A stretch of DNA of 64,000 nt from Gaiella sp. (GCA_046590225.1 JBKJVI010000086.1:35755-99754), one strand, 5' to 3'; positions 16,841-27,480 are shown, counted from the first letter of the stretch. Numbers and translations: made by a program. Notes: a model not told the origin generated them from the sequence alone.

Positions 16841-17974
16841 TCAGTCGAGGGGAATCAGCGAGGCTTCTGCCATCGCGAGGGCTGCGGGCTTCGCCATCTT
16901 CAATCTCTTCGGTCGCTGCATGCCACCCTCGATCCAACGGTCGATCTCGTGGAAGAGCTCGTCGATCAGGATGTCGGACGACACCTTCTTGAGCACCCGC
17001 CCGTGCGCATAGAGGAAGCCGACGTCGCGCCCGCCGGCGATCCCGAAGTCGGCATCGCCTGCCTCCCCCGGTCCGTTCACGGCGCAACCCATCACGGCGA
17101 CCTCGAAGGCCTCAGGGTAGGCCTTGAGGCGCTCCTCGACGACAACCGCGAGGCTTTCGACCCCGACGTTGTCCCGACCACAGGACGGGCAGGCGATCAT
17201 CACAGGGCCTCGCTCACGCAGGCCGAGTGCCTTGAGGATCTCCCAGGCGACCTCGACCTCCTTCACCGGGTCTGCCGTCAAGGAGACCCGGAACGTGTCG
17301 CCGATGCCGTCGGAGAGGAGCGAGCCAATTCCGATCGCGCTCTTGATCGTCCCCGCGAACGGCGTGCCGGCTTCCGTGACGCCGAGGTGCAGCGGGTATG
17401 GAACCCGGGCGGCGAGCATCCGGTACGCGCGAATCATCGTTGGCACGTGCGTCGCTTTGACCGAGATCTTGAAGTCGCGGTAGTCGAGACGTTCGAGGAT
17501 CGCCACCTCTTCGAGCGCCGCCTCGACGAGGGCCTCTGCCTGATCGCGCTGCGCGAGCTCTGCGAGATGTGCGGGAAGCGAGCCCGAGTTCGCCCCGATC
17601 CGCATCGCAACGCCCGCCTTCTTCGCAGCCTTGACGACCAGCTCGACCTTGTCCACGCCACCGATGTTGCCCGGGTTGATCCGCACGGCGGCGACGCCGG
17701 CATCGATCGCACGGAGCGCAAGCGAGGCATTGAAGTGGATGTCCGCGATCACGGGGATCGGCGAGAAGCGCACGATCCTCGCGAGCGCATCTGCGTCCTC
17801 AATCTTCGGTACCGCGCAGCGAACGAGCTCGCACCCGGCAGAGACGAGCGCGGCGATCTGGGCGGTCGTCGCCTCGACGTCGTGCGTCTTCGTCAGCGTC
17901 ATCGACTGGACGACGACGGGGGCGCCACCACCGATCGTGACGCCGCCAACGCGGATCTGCGCGAGACTTCCCAT
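16841..17974 (-). CDS. ispG: HMBPP synthase IspG/GcpE
   Basis: VQSMT, ADIHF, RINPGN, HLGVTEAG, CPSCGR, MGCAVNGPGE. Confidence 0.96.
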   Translation of the reverse strand: MGSLAQIRVGGVTIGGGAPVVVQSMTLTKTHDVEATTAQIAALVSAGCELVRCAVPKIEDADALARIVRFSPIPVIADIHFNASLALRAIDAGVAAVRINPGNIGGVDKVELVVKAAKKAGVAMRIGANSGSLPAHLAELAQRDQAEALVEAALEEVAILERLDYRDFKISVKATHVPTMIRAYRMLAARVPYPLHLGVTEAGTPFAGTIKSAIGIGSLLSDGIGDTFRVSLTADPVKEVEVAWEILKALGLRERGPVMIACPSCGRDNVGVESLAVVVEERLKAYPEAFEVAVMGCAVNGPGEAGDADFGIAGGRDVGFLYAHGRVLKKVSSDILIDELFHEIDRWIEGGMQRPKRLKMAKPAALAMAEASLIPLD

Positions 17975-17975
17975 C

Positions 17976-19184
17976 TCAGGACAGCCGGCCGATGTCGTTC
18001 GTCAAGCCGATCACGAACAACAACAGCACGAGCCCGATGCCGACCATCGACACGCGTTCGTAGATGCCGCGCGAGACGGTCTTCCCGCTGATTCCTTCGA
18101 CGAGCGCGAAGACGATGTGCCCGCCATCGAGGGGCAGGAATGGCAACAGGTTCAGCAGCGCGATCGAGAGCGAGATCAGCCCGAGCACCCAGAGGAAGTT
18201 GTTCGTCGACTGTTTCGCCGCATCGGACGAGCCCTGGACGATCCCCACGGGACTCGAGATGTTCTTACGGCCCTCGCCGGTGACGAGCCGTCCGAGCGAG
18301 GTGAAGATGCTCTGTGACACGCGTCCCGTCGTGACGAGCGATTCACGTGCCGCCTCTGGCGGCGAGAGGCCTGCACCCGCGAGCAGGAAGCCGAGCCGGT
18401 AGACGCCGGCGTCTTCGTCTGCCGGCCGCGGCCCGAGCGTCACGCTGGCGCCGTCACGGATCACGACGAGCGTCAGCGGCTTCCCGTCGGATCCGGCGAT
18501 CGTTCGAGGGATGAGCGTGCCCGTCATCGGCGTACCGTTGATCGACTCGATCCGGTCGCCGGCGACGATGCCGATCGCGGCTGCAGCGCTGTCGGCCCGG
18601 ACGCCTTCGACCGTCGTTGTCGCCTTGCCCCCCGTCGTCATATAGAGCGCTGCGAAGATCACGATCGCGAAGAGGATGTTTGCGGCAGGCCCGGCGAAGA
18701 TGACGAGCACACGCCGCCAGGTGGCAGCACGCCAGTAGGCATCCGGGCCGAGCGCGTCCCCGAGGTCGGTCAGACCCTTTTTGACGTCGCGTCTCATCGG
18801 CTCGCTCAGATCGGTGCCGGCAGCGACAGCGGCGAAGGTCGCAAGCGCAGAACGAGCCGCATCGTGGTCGCCGATCGAAAGAGCACGCCGCAAGCGCTCG
18901 GCAGCATCGCCCAGCACCGGTGCTTCCTCGAGGACACGTCCAAGCGACTGATCGACGTCGGCGGGAGCCGGCCGATGCATGCCCGGAATCTTCACGAAAC
19001 CGCCGAGCGGAATCATGCCGATCCCGTACTCGATCTCCTTCCTCGTCCTCTTGACGATCGCAGGGGGAAAGCCGATGTAGAACTTCCGCGGGCGCATCTT
19101 GAGGGCAAGTGACGCAGAGAAGTGCCCGAGTTCGTGGATGAAGATGAGAAATCCGAGTCCGACGATGGAGATGAAAATCGTCAT
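17976..19184 (-). CDS. rseP: RseP/Rip1 M50 intramembrane metalloprotease with PDZ domain
   Basis: HELGH, PLGGFVKI, AGPAAN, NLLPFLPLDGGH. Confidence 0.9.
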   Translation of the reverse strand: MTIFISIVGLGFLIFIHELGHFSASLALKMRPRKFYIGFPPAIVKRTRKEIEYGIGMIPLGGFVKIPGMHRPAPADVDQSLGRVLEEAPVLGDAAERLRRALSIGDHDAARSALATFAAVAAGTDLSEPMRRDVKKGLTDLGDALGPDAYWRAATWRRVLVIFAGPAANILFAIVIFAALYMTTGGKATTTVEGVRADSAAAAIGIVAGDRIESINGTPMTGTLIPRTIAGSDGKPLTLVVIRDGASVTLGPRPADEDAGVYRLGFLLAGAGLSPPEAARESLVTTGRVSQSIFTSLGRLVTGEGRKNISSPVGIVQGSSDAAKQSTNNFLWVLGLISLSIALLNLLPFLPLDGGHIVFALVEGISGKTVSRGIYERVSMVGIGLVLLLFVIGLTNDIGRLS

Positions 19185-20263
19185 GCGGGTACGAGCCTCC
19201 GCTCCGCAAGGCGCCGAGCCTCGGCGTCGGCAGCCACGAGATCGGAAAGGTCGCGCGCCGGTGATCCGTCTACCTCGTCGAGGGCACCGGCCACCGTGTC
19301 AGCGATATCCAGGAACCCGATCCGCCCCCCGAGGAACGCCTCGACCGCGACCTCGTTCGCAGCGTTGTATGCGCACGGGGCCGTGCCACCGTGCTCCCCC
19401 GCAGCTCGGGCGAGCGCCAGAAGCGGAAATGTCTCGTCGTCGACCGCCTCGAAGCGAAGGTCGAGGCCGTGCTCGAGGTCGAGTGCCGCTGCTGCAACGG
19501 CGGGCCGGTCGGGATAGCCGAGTGCGAACGAGATGGGGACGCGCATGTCCGGGCTTCCGAGATGCGCCAGGAGCGCGCCGTCGCGAAACCGAACGAGCGA
19601 ATGAACGATCGACGTTGGATGAACGACGACCTCGATGTTCTCGTACGGCAGGCCAAAAAGCCAGTGCGCCTCGATCAGCTCGAGTCCCTTGTTCGCGAGA
19701 GTCGCGGAGTCCACACTGATCTTTCGTCCCATCGACCAGGTTGGATGGGCAAGTGCGTCCGCGACGGTGACGTTCGCCAGCTCGTGAGCCGATCGGCCAC
19801 GGAACGGGCCACCCGATGCGGTGAGTACGAGCGCGTCGATCGTCTCGGGCGCCCTCCCCTCGAGACACTGGAAGAGCGCTGAGTGCTCGCTGTCGACCGG
19901 CAGGAGGAGTCCCCCGCCTCGCCGATGCGCAGCGACGGCGAGCTCACCGGCGGCGACGAGGCTCTCTTTGTTAGCAAGAGCGAGCGTAACGCCGTGCTCG
20001 AGCGCCCAGAGTGTCGCCTCGACGCCTGCGAACCCGACGATGGCATTGAGCACGATGTCCGGCTCGCAGGCCTCGAGAAGCGGAATGGCGGATCCACCGA
20101 CCTGCAGGTGCGAAACACCGTGCTCGAGCCCGAGCGCGTCGAGCGGCTGCGAGCCAGACATCAGTCCGCACAGTTCGAGATCGGCTCGAGAGGAGAGGAT
20201 CTCGATCGCCTGGCGGCCAATCGAGCCCGTTGCTCCGAGGAGGGCGACGCGCTTCACACGCAT
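19181..20263 (-). CDS. dxr: 1-deoxy-D-xylulose 5-phosphate reductoisomerase
   Basis: GATGSIG, LANKESLV, PVDSEH, TASGGPF, HPTWSMG, NKGLELIEA. Confidence 0.96.
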   Translation of the reverse strand: MRVKRVALLGATGSIGRQAIEILSSRADLELCGLMSGSQPLDALGLEHGVSHLQVGGSAIPLLEACEPDIVLNAIVGFAGVEATLWALEHGVTLALANKESLVAAGELAVAAHRRGGGLLLPVDSEHSALFQCLEGRAPETIDALVLTASGGPFRGRSAHELANVTVADALAHPTWSMGRKISVDSATLANKGLELIEAHWLFGLPYENIEVVVHPTSIVHSLVRFRDGALLAHLGSPDMRVPISFALGYPDRPAVAAAALDLEHGLDLRFEAVDDETFPLLALARAAGEHGGTAPCAYNAANEVAVEAFLGGRIGFLDIADTVAGALDEVDGSPARDLSDLVAADAEARRLAERRLVPA

Positions 20264-20285
20264 AGCGTGCCAGTCACGGCATGGG

Positions 20286-21077
20286 TCACGTCAGCGCGAG
20301 GACCGTGTAGAAGGCCGCAGGCCCGGCCCAGAGGAGCGAATCGACTCGATCGAGCACGCCGCCGTGTCCTGCGAGGATCCGACCCGAGTCCTTGACGCCG
20401 AGGTCGCGCTTGATCGCCGACTCGAAGAGATCCCCGAGCGTCGCCGAGAGGGCTATAGCTGCGCCGAGGGCCAGTGCCTCGAGGTTCGTGAGGTACCCCT
20501 GGTCGTACATCGCGAAGAAGGCAACCGCCATGGCCGCGATCGTGCCGCCGACGAAACCCTCCCACGACTTGCCCGGCGAGATCCGTGGCGCCATCTTGTG
20601 TCGGCCGATCGCTCGGCCCACGGCGTAGGCGGCGGTGTCGTCTGCGAACACGGCGATCAGGACCGTGAAGATCACGAGACGACCGTTCTCGGGAATGTCG
20701 CGGAGCAGGAGCAACGCGGAGATTCCCCCACCGACCCAGACGACACCGAGGAGCGTGAGCGAGATCGCTGCGGTCGCTGACGGCCGCGCATCCGAGAAGC
20801 CGAAGATCAGGAACGCGACGAGGATCGTGGCGAAAATCCCTCCGACCATCCACGCGATGTTCCCCGTCTCGGCACCGACGAGCGTGAGCAGGAGTCCGAC
20901 GTAGCCGCCGAGCACAATCGGGCGGAGGCCACGGCCCATCGTGTACAGCTCGTGGAGCGCGACCAGGCCGCCGATCGCCGCAAGCCCGAACAGCCACCAG
21001 CCGCCAAGCCAGACGAGGCCGAGGACGAGCGGCAGGAGAACGAGCGCCACCCCGATGCGCGACCAGAACCCGCTCAT
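20286..21077 (-). CDS. cdsA: phosphatidate cytidylyltransferase
   Basis: SPGKSWEG, GDLFESAIKRDLGVKDSG, GHGGVLDRVDS; multi-pass membrane. Confidence 0.95.
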   Translation of the reverse strand: MSGFWSRIGVALVLLPLVLGLVWLGGWWLFGLAAIGGLVALHELYTMGRGLRPIVLGGYVGLLLTLVGAETGNIAWMVGGIFATILVAFLIFGFSDARPSATAAISLTLLGVVWVGGGISALLLLRDIPENGRLVIFTVLIAVFADDTAAYAVGRAIGRHKMAPRISPGKSWEGFVGGTIAAMAVAFFAMYDQGYLTNLEALALGAAIALSATLGDLFESAIKRDLGVKDSGRILAGHGGVLDRVDSLLWAGPAAFYTVLALT

Positions 21078-21805
21078 CGGCCGCCGAATCGCCGGTCACG
21101 GGACGAGAACGCAGCGAGGGCCGCGCGCAGGTCCTTGTCGCCGAAGTCGGGCCACAGCGTCTCGGTGAAGACGAACTCGGCGTACGCGGTCTCCCAGAGC
21201 ATGAAGTTCGAGATCCGGAACTCGCCCGACGTGCGGATGAGCAGGTCGATCTCGGGCAACGCGGGCGCGTTGAGACGCGCGGCGATCGCGGCCTCGTCGA
21301 CCTCGGCGGGCGTGAGACCGTCCTCGACGCAGCGGCGCGCAGCATCGACGAGCTCGGCTCGGCCGCCGTAATCGAACGCAATCCAGAGATCGAGCGTTTC
21401 GCGGCCCGCGGTAGAGATCTCCAGTGCGTCCATCGCCGCGCGCGTATGGGACGGGACTCGGTCGCGTCGACCGAGAAAGCGGGTGCGTACGCCCTGCTCT
21501 GCGAGATCGGGCAGCTCCCGGCCGATCGTCTCGTCGAGGATCTCCATCAGCGCCGCGACCTCGTCGGGAGGACGCGTCCAGTTCTCCGTCGAGAACGCGT
21601 ACACGACGAGCGCTCGGACACCTTCGTCGATCGCCGCCTCGACAGTGCGACGAAGCGCTCGTGTTCCCTCGCGGTGGCCCGCTTCGACGGGCAGCCCCTT
21701 GCCCGCCGCCCAGCGGCCGTTCCCATCCATGATGATCGCGACGGTTCGTGCCCGAACTGCATCTTCCGACGGAGCCGACGTACCGATCTCTTCTGTCTCG
21801 TTCAA
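21074..21805 (-). CDS. uppS: polyprenyl diphosphate synthase
   Basis: IIMDGNGRWA, FSTENW, DLLIRTSGEFRISNFMLW, LWPDF, RRFGG. Confidence 0.95.
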   Translation of the reverse strand: MNETEEIGTSAPSEDAVRARTVAIIMDGNGRWAAGKGLPVEAGHREGTRALRRTVEAAIDEGVRALVVYAFSTENWTRPPDEVAALMEILDETIGRELPDLAEQGVRTRFLGRRDRVPSHTRAAMDALEISTAGRETLDLWIAFDYGGRAELVDAARRCVEDGLTPAEVDEAAIAARLNAPALPEIDLLIRTSGEFRISNFMLWETAYAEFVFTETLWPDFGDKDLRAALAAFSSRDRRFGGR

Positions 21806-21820
21806 GGTCGGAAGGAGGTT

Positions 21821-22384
21821 CTAGACCTCCATGATCTCGGCCTCTTTGTGTTTCAGAAGATCGTCCAGTTTTTTCACGTGCTCGTCTGTGAGCTTCTGCA
21901 CCTGCGCTTCGGCGCGCCGCTCCTCGTCGTCTCCCACAGCGCCGTCCTTGACGAGTTCCTCGAGATGCTTCATCACGTCGCGCCGTACGTTCCGGATTGC
22001 GATCTTGCCCTCCTCGGCGTACCGGCGCACCACCTTGACGAGCTCCTTGCGCCGCTCTTCGGTGAGAGACGGGATCGGGAGCCGGATCAGCTTGCCGTCG
22101 TTCGACGGCATCAGCCCGAGGTCGGACTCCTGGATCGCCTTCTCGATCGCCTTGATCTGGCCCGCGTCGTACGGCTGGATCGAGAGAAGCCGTGCCTCGG
22201 GCGCGGAGATCGTCGCCATGTTGCTCAGAGGCGTTGGTGTTCCGTAGTAGTCGATTGTGATCCGATCGAGCAGCGCGGCCGATGCCCGTCCGGTTCGGAC
22301 GCTGTGGAACTCGACGCGGGTGGCGCCGATCGACTTGTCCATGCGCAGCTCACAATCGACGAGGAAATCCTCGATCGCCGTCAT
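21821..22384 (-). CDS. frr: ribosome recycling factor
   Basis: RTGRA, YYGTPTPL, LTEERRKELVK, IRNVRRD. Confidence 0.96.
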   Translation of the reverse strand: MTAIEDFLVDCELRMDKSIGATRVEFHSVRTGRASAALLDRITIDYYGTPTPLSNMATISAPEARLLSIQPYDAGQIKAIEKAIQESDLGLMPSNDGKLIRLPIPSLTEERRKELVKVVRRYAEEGKIAIRNVRRDVMKHLEELVKDGAVGDDEERRAEAQVQKLTDEHVKKLDDLLKHKEAEIMEV

Positions 22385-22385
22385 G

Positions 22386-23156
22386 TCAGGCCTCCTCTCG
22401 GGTCGCAACGATCGTGCCGATTCGCTCCCCCGAGGCAACCCGCACGATGTTCCCCTCGGCGAGCTCGAAGACGTGAATCGGGACGCGGTTGTCCATGCAG
22501 AGTGAGAGCGCGGTCGTATCCATGACCTTGAGGCCGCGCTCGATTGCCTCGAGGTGGGTGATCTCAGGGAGGAACTGCGCGGTTGGATCGGTGCGTGGGT
22601 CACCGTCGTAGACGCCCTGCACGCCGTTCTTGGCCATCAGGATCGCCTCCGCGCCTATCTCGAGCGCTCGCAGCGCCGCAGCAGTGTCCGTCGTGAAGAA
22701 CGGGTTGCCCGTTCCGGCAGCGAAGATGACAACGCGACCCTTCTCGAGGTGCCGCATCGCACGTCGACGGATGTACGGCTCGGCGACCTCCGAGACGGCG
22801 ATTGCTGACTGCACGCGGGTCTGTGCTCCGAGCTTCTCGAGCGCGTCCTGGAGCGCCAGGGCGTTCAGCAGCGTGGCGAGCATGCCCGCGTAGTCGGCCG
22901 TCGCGCGCTCCATCCCCTCCGCGGCCGCAGCCATGCCGCGGTAGAAGTTCCCTCCCCCGACGACGATTGCGAGCTCGGTGCCGGCCTCGCGGACGTCGAC
23001 GACCTCGCGCGCGACGGCTGTCACCGTCTTCGGGTCGACGCCGTAGTCCCTGTCGCCCATCAGGCTCTCACCCGAGAGCTTCAGGAGGACACGACGGAAG
23101 GGAACGGGAGTGCCGACAGGCAATGGGGCCACCTTGTCGTCCGCCCGTGCGCTCAC
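22386..23156 (-). CDS. pyrH: UMP kinase
   Basis: [35 protein letters not shown]. Confidence 0.96.
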   Translation of the reverse strand: MSARADDKVAPLPVGTPVPFRRVLLKLSGESLMGDRDYGVDPKTVTAVAREVVDVREAGTELAIVVGGGNFYRGMAAAAEGMERATADYAGMLATLLNALALQDALEKLGAQTRVQSAIAVSEVAEPYIRRRAMRHLEKGRVVIFAAGTGNPFFTTDTAAALRALEIGAEAILMAKNGVQGVYDGDPRTDPTAQFLPEITHLEAIERGLKVMDTTALSLCMDNRVPIHVFELAEGNIVRVASGERIGTIVATREEA

Positions 23157-23956
23157 GATCCTGCGACCGAGATCCGCTTGAAGCCCTTCAACGTCGCGCC
23201 GCCAGCGGCGAGGGCCGAGCCGACAGACGCCGACTGATCGTGAATCCATGCCTGATCGGCGAGAACGCCGCCGGGTGCAGCCGCAAAGAAGCGCTTGCCG
23301 AGCATGCCGTCGACGATCTTCTCACGTGCAGCCTCCGGCTTGGAGAGCAACTCGTCGGAGTTGAGATATACCTGTCGTTCGGCCTCGATCGTCTCGGCCG
23401 GCACCTCGTTTCGGGTCGCCCACTCGGGGGCCGCGAACGAGATGTGCATTGCGAGCTGCCGGGCGAGAGCTTCGTCGCCGCCTTCGAGCTCCACGAGGAC
23501 ACCGATCTTGTGAGCCGGTGGATGGACGTACGCAGCGATGGTCGATGTGTCGGAGTAGCGCTCGGCACCGACGACGACGATGTTCTCCCCGAGCTTGCCC
23601 ATCAGCCCCATGCGCTCCTCGTCGAACGACTCGACGACGCCGACGCCGTCCGCCTGAACGGCGCGCAGAACACGCTCGGCGAACGCCTGGAATTCCTCGT
23701 TCTTCGATACTGGCTCCGTCTCGCAGCCGACGCCGACGATCGAGCCAACGCCACCGTCGATGATCACACCGACAAGCCCTTCGGTCGTCTGCCGGTCGGC
23801 ACGCTTTCCAGCTTGGGCCATCCCCTTCTCACGCAGCAGCGTGCGGGCGGCGCCAAGATCGCCATCCGTGTCCTGGAGCGCTCGCTTGCAATCCATCATG
23901 CCCGCGCCCGTGAGCTCTCGAAGCTCCTTGACGAGGCCTGCACTGATCTCGGTCAC
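23153..23956 (-). CDS. tsf: elongation factor Ts
   Basis: [25 protein letters not shown]; follows rpsB. Confidence 0.95.
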   Translation of the reverse strand: MTEISAGLVKELRELTGAGMMDCKRALQDTDGDLGAARTLLREKGMAQAGKRADRQTTEGLVGVIIDGGVGSIVGVGCETEPVSKNEEFQAFAERVLRAVQADGVGVVESFDEERMGLMGKLGENIVVVGAERYSDTSTIAAYVHPPAHKIGVLVELEGGDEALARQLAMHISFAAPEWATRNEVPAETIEAERQVYLNSDELLSKPEAAREKIVDGMLGKRFFAAAPGGVLADQAWIHDQSASVGSALAAGGATLKGFKRISVAGS

Positions 23957-23969
23957 GTGTGTTCTCCTC

Positions 23970-25187
23970 TCAGTGAGCGACGATGCGCGGAAGCGCCTTC
24001 GCCTGCTCGATCCAGTCGGCGACGTCGTCCGCGCTCGGAACGCGACCAACGAGGTTTCGAGCCTCGTTCGTCTCGGCGAGCCCCGTGACCAGGTTGTCGA
24101 CATTGCGTTGTGCGAGCTCGGGCACGGAGTCGACCCCCGCTGCCTCGAGCAACTCGGCGAACTGGGGAGCAACGCCGACGACCCGGATGAGGTCGGCGTG
24201 GTTGACGAAGCGGAGGACGCGCACTGCGTCGATCCCGGTCGCCTCGACGAGAGTCGAGCGGCCTTCCGGCGTCGCACCCTTTTCGAGCAGCGCGTCGATC
24301 GTTGCAACCCCGGCGCCTCTCAGCTTGTCGGCATATGCGGGTCCAATGCCCTCGATGTCGATGATGTCGCCGGTCTGCTCGGGAGTCGCTGCCTCGTCGG
24401 CGACAGGCTCGGCGGGCTTCGCGGCGGCTGCTTCCGCCTCCGCTGCTTCCGCTGCCGCTGCTACCTCGGCTGCAGCAGCCTTGGCCGCAAAGTCCTTCTC
24501 GGAGACCTTGCTCTGGCCGGCGGCGATACCGTCCGCGAGCGCGCGGACGATCAGCGAGCACGAGCGAATCGCATCGTCGTTCCCCGGAATCACGAACTGT
24601 GCCTCGTCGGGATCGCAGTTCGTGTCGACGATCGCGATCACGGGTAGGTGAAGGCGCTGGGCCTCACGCACGGCGAGCGCTTCCTTCTTCAGGTCGACGA
24701 TGAAGATCGCGTCGGGCTGACGCTTCATGTCGGCGACGCCACCGAGGTTGGCCTCGAGCTTCTCGAGCTCGGCCTCCATCGTGATTCGCTCCTTTGCCGG
24801 GAGCAGCGCGAGCTGTCCGTCGTTCTTCAGCCTCCGAAGATCGTGCAGGTAGGCGATCCGATCCTGGATCGTGCGCCAGTTCGTGAGCAGCCCGCCCAGC
24901 CAACGATTTGCGACGAACGGCATGCCGACGCGTGTTGCCTCGGTGCGAACGGCATCCTGGGCCTGCTTCTTCGTGCCGACAAACAGGATCGTGCCGCCGC
25001 GCTCGGCGATGTTGCGCGCAAAGTCGTACGCGTCCTCGACGAGCTGCTGGGTCTGCTGCAGGTCGATGATGTAGATGCCGCCGCGCTCCGTGAAGATGAA
25101 ACGCTTCATCTTCGGGTTCCAGCGACGTGTCTGATGGCCGAAGTGAACTCCAGCCTCTAGCAGCTCCTTCATGGAGACAACTGCCAA
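23970..25187 (-). CDS. rpsB: 30S ribosomal protein S2 with C-terminal DUF4332-like fusion
   Basis: [41 protein letters not shown]; then Ala/Glu linker and [44 protein letters not shown]. Confidence 0.95.
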   Translation of the reverse strand: MAVVSMKELLEAGVHFGHQTRRWNPKMKRFIFTERGGIYIIDLQQTQQLVEDAYDFARNIAERGGTILFVGTKKQAQDAVRTEATRVGMPFVANRWLGGLLTNWRTIQDRIAYLHDLRRLKNDGQLALLPAKERITMEAELEKLEANLGGVADMKRQPDAIFIVDLKKEALAVREAQRLHLPVIAIVDTNCDPDEAQFVIPGNDDAIRSCSLIVRALADGIAAGQSKVSEKDFAAKAAAAEVAAAAEAAEAEAAAAKPAEPVADEAATPEQTGDIIDIEGIGPAYADKLRGAGVATIDALLEKGATPEGRSTLVEATGIDAVRVLRFVNHADLIRVVGVAPQFAELLEAAGVDSVPELAQRNVDNLVTGLAETNEARNLVGRVPSADDVADWIEQAKALPRIVAH

Positions 25188-25315
25188 CGGGACCAGCCCC
25201 TTTCAGTGTGGTTTCAGAAGTCGTGCTCCGACGGGCCTTGACGGAACCGGGCTCCGATCGCGGAGCCACGGCACCACCGCCCTGACGCTGATCGCCGGGT
25301 AGTTGGAACGTGAGT
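25188..25315 (-). promoter_or_regulatory. putative structured rpsB leader (S2 autoregulation)
   Basis: About 130 nt non-coding leader after TACCAT (25320-25325) with hairpin GGCTCC-gcgatc-GGAGCC; position typical of rpsB leaders. Confidence 0.45.
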
Positions 25316-25348
25316 CCGGATGGTAGCCGAGAGCGGACTGTCGTCCGC

Positions 25349-26245
25349 TCAGCGGCGTGCGATGTCGAGCGCGGTAGCGAGGTCTTGAGGGAGCTCCGAC
25401 GAGATGTCGATCGACTCACCGGTCAAGGGATGCTCGAAGACGAGGCGGCGCGCGTGGAGGAACTGCCGCTCGAGCCCGAGATCGCCGCCGACGCCGTAGA
25501 CGGGGTCGCCACTCACCGGCAGGTCGATAGCCTCGAGATGAACGCGGATCTGGTGCGTGCGCCCGGTCTCGAGCTTGACATCGAGAAGGGTGTGCGCTCG
25601 CAGGGTCTCTACTACCTCGAACCAGGTGACTGCTTCACGTGGTGTCGGTGTGTCCAGCGAGTGGCGGGTGCGGTCGCGCCGATCTCGTCCGAGCGGGGCC
25701 TCGATCCGCCCCGACATCGAGGCCGGGAAACCACGAACGAGCGCAGCGTACGTGCGCTCGACCTCGCGCTTGCGGATCATCTCCTGCAGTAGGTCGTACG
25801 ACTCGGATGACCGGGCGACGATCAGAAGGCCGGAGGTATCCCGGTCGAGCCGATGGACGATCCCGGGTCGGTCATCGTCATCACCGCCCTCGGCGCCATG
25901 CTCGAGGAGGCCCTGAACGAGCGTCCCCGTCCGGGTAGAGCCCGCCGGGTGCACGACGAGGCCGGTGGGCTTGTCGACAACGAGAAGGTGGTCGTCCTCC
26001 CAGACGATCGGGATGTCGAGCGATTCACCACGCAACGGCTCGACCTCGGGGACCTTGACCGTGATCTCTTCGCCCCCTTCGAGTCGAAAGCTCTTCGCGC
26101 GGACCTCCCCGTCGACGAGGACGAGCCCGCCGGCGATCAGACGCTCGGCAAGTGCCCGAGATTCGATCTCACGGCGCGCGGCGAGGACACGATCGAGCCG
26201 TGCGCCCGCCTGCGGCTCAGGAACGTGAAAGCGGAGCCGTGCCAA
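25349..26245 (-). CDS. rluD: RluA/RluD-family pseudouridine synthase
   Basis: S4-like RLD, VDKPTGLVVHP, RPGIVHRLDRDTSG, TGRTHQIRVH, QFLHA. Confidence 0.9.
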   Translation of the reverse strand: MARLRFHVPEPQAGARLDRVLAARREIESRALAERLIAGGLVLVDGEVRAKSFRLEGGEEITVKVPEVEPLRGESLDIPIVWEDDHLLVVDKPTGLVVHPAGSTRTGTLVQGLLEHGAEGGDDDDRPGIVHRLDRDTSGLLIVARSSESYDLLQEMIRKREVERTYAALVRGFPASMSGRIEAPLGRDRRDRTRHSLDTPTPREAVTWFEVVETLRAHTLLDVKLETGRTHQIRVHLEAIDLPVSGDPVYGVGGDLGLERQFLHARRLVFEHPLTGESIDISSELPQDLATALDIARR

Positions 26246-26810
26246 CGCGAGGGCTTGCCCTGTCGGCCGCAACGAACGAGGCGAAGAGCAGCCCGACGCC
26301 GACGACGATGAACGTATCGGCGAGATTGAACGCCGGCCAGTAGGCGAAATCGAGGAAATCGGTGACGTGCCCGAGCCGAACGCGGTCGAGCAGGTTCGCG
26401 ATGCTGCCGCCGATCACGAGCCCGAGAGCGATAGAAACGAGTGGATGGCGCTGCGCGGTTCTCGCGAAGAACACGAGCATCGCCCCCACGGCCACTGCCG
26501 TCAGGGCGATGACGGCGGACGTGGAGTCGGCGAAGAGGCCGAAGGCGATCCCGGTGTTCTGGACGTGATGGATGCTGAACGGGCCGATCGTCACGGCGGT
26601 GTCTCCGAGCGGCAGCTGCGCAACAACGACCAACTTCGTCAGCTGGTCGGCCACGATCGCTGTGCCGACGATCACGACGAGCGCGATCCACTGAGCGCGC
26701 CCTGCCCCGAGGCGCCGCTTCGCACCAGAGATCGGCTGCAGAGCATTCGTCGAGGATCCCATCCTGACATCGACGCGCCGTGGAGGCGCGCTGCGTGCAG
26801 GCTCGCTCAC
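26217..26810 (-). CDS. lspA: lipoprotein signal peptidase II
   Basis: DQLTK, NTGIAFG, GGSIANLLDR, VTDF, FNLAD; start 26810 (GTGA overlap) or 26762. Confidence 0.92.
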   Translation of the reverse strand: MSEPARSAPPRRVDVRMGSSTNALQPISGAKRRLGAGRAQWIALVVIVGTAIVADQLTKLVVVAQLPLGDTAVTIGPFSIHHVQNTGIAFGLFADSTSAVIALTAVAVGAMLVFFARTAQRHPLVSIALGLVIGGSIANLLDRVRLGHVTDFLDFAYWPAFNLADTFIVVGVGLLFASFVAADRASPRVGTAPLSRS

Positions 26811-27160
26811 CCGTGCTCCTGCAACCGCTTGTCGTCGAGGCACAGGACCGCGTAGGGAATCGCGTCGAGTCGCTCTTCCGGGATGACCGCGCCACATTTC
26901 GCGCAGGTTCCATACGTGCCCTCGTCGATCCGCGCAATCGCCGCGTCGATCTCCTCCACCACGTTCTCCGCGTTCTCGCCGAGCGACTGATCCAACTCGC
27001 GATCGACGAGGTCCGTCGCGTGATCCGCGAGGTGCCGATCTCCTGCCGGCGAGTTGGACTCCCCTCCTTCGTCATCGGCGACGATGTCGGCGGCGGCATG
27101 GAGCATCCGCTCCCGCAACCCGACGAGCTCCGTTCGCCTCGACGCAAGATCGATGGTCAT
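26807..27160 (-). CDS. TraR/DksA-family protein
   Basis: HLADHATD, ARIDEGTYGTCAKCG..IPEERLDAIPYAVLC. Confidence 0.88.
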   Translation of the reverse strand: MTIDLASRRTELVGLRERMLHAAADIVADDEGGESNSPAGDRHLADHATDLVDRELDQSLGENAENVVEEIDAAIARIDEGTYGTCAKCGAVIPEERLDAIPYAVLCLDDKRLQEHG

Positions 27161-27462
27161 GATGCTCCTTCCTGAGCGTTGGTAAGGCGCCTCTCGGCCT
27201 CGTCGAGCGTCAGTCCGACGATCTCGACGGTCTTGTTCCTCGAAGACGTGCCACTGACGATCGTGACGCTGGGGCGTTTCAGGTCGAGCGTGGCGGCGAG
27301 GAGCGCGACGACGGAATCGTTCGCGCGCCCCCGTTCCGGCGCAGCGACGACTCTGAGCTTCCAGGCGTCGCCGTGGCGCCCGACGACGGCCGCACGAGAA
27401 CCTCCGGGTGCCACCCGGAGGTCGAGCCGAATCGGTTTCGGATCTGCACGGGGCGTCATCAC
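27157..27462 (-). CDS. DUF167/YggU family protein
   Basis: LRVAPGG, KLRVVAAPERGRAN, IVSGTSSRNK. Confidence 0.88.
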   Translation of the reverse strand: MMTPRADPKPIRLDLRVAPGGSRAAVVGRHGDAWKLRVVAAPERGRANDSVVALLAATLDLKRPSVTIVSGTSSRNKTVEIVGLTLDEAERRLTNAQEGAS

Positions 27463-27480
27463 CCCACAGGATAGTCTCGG

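Noticed and set aside
24415-24490. GCTGCTTCCGC-like short repeats
   Set aside because: They encode the Ala/Glu linker of S2; not a CRISPR or DNA repeat
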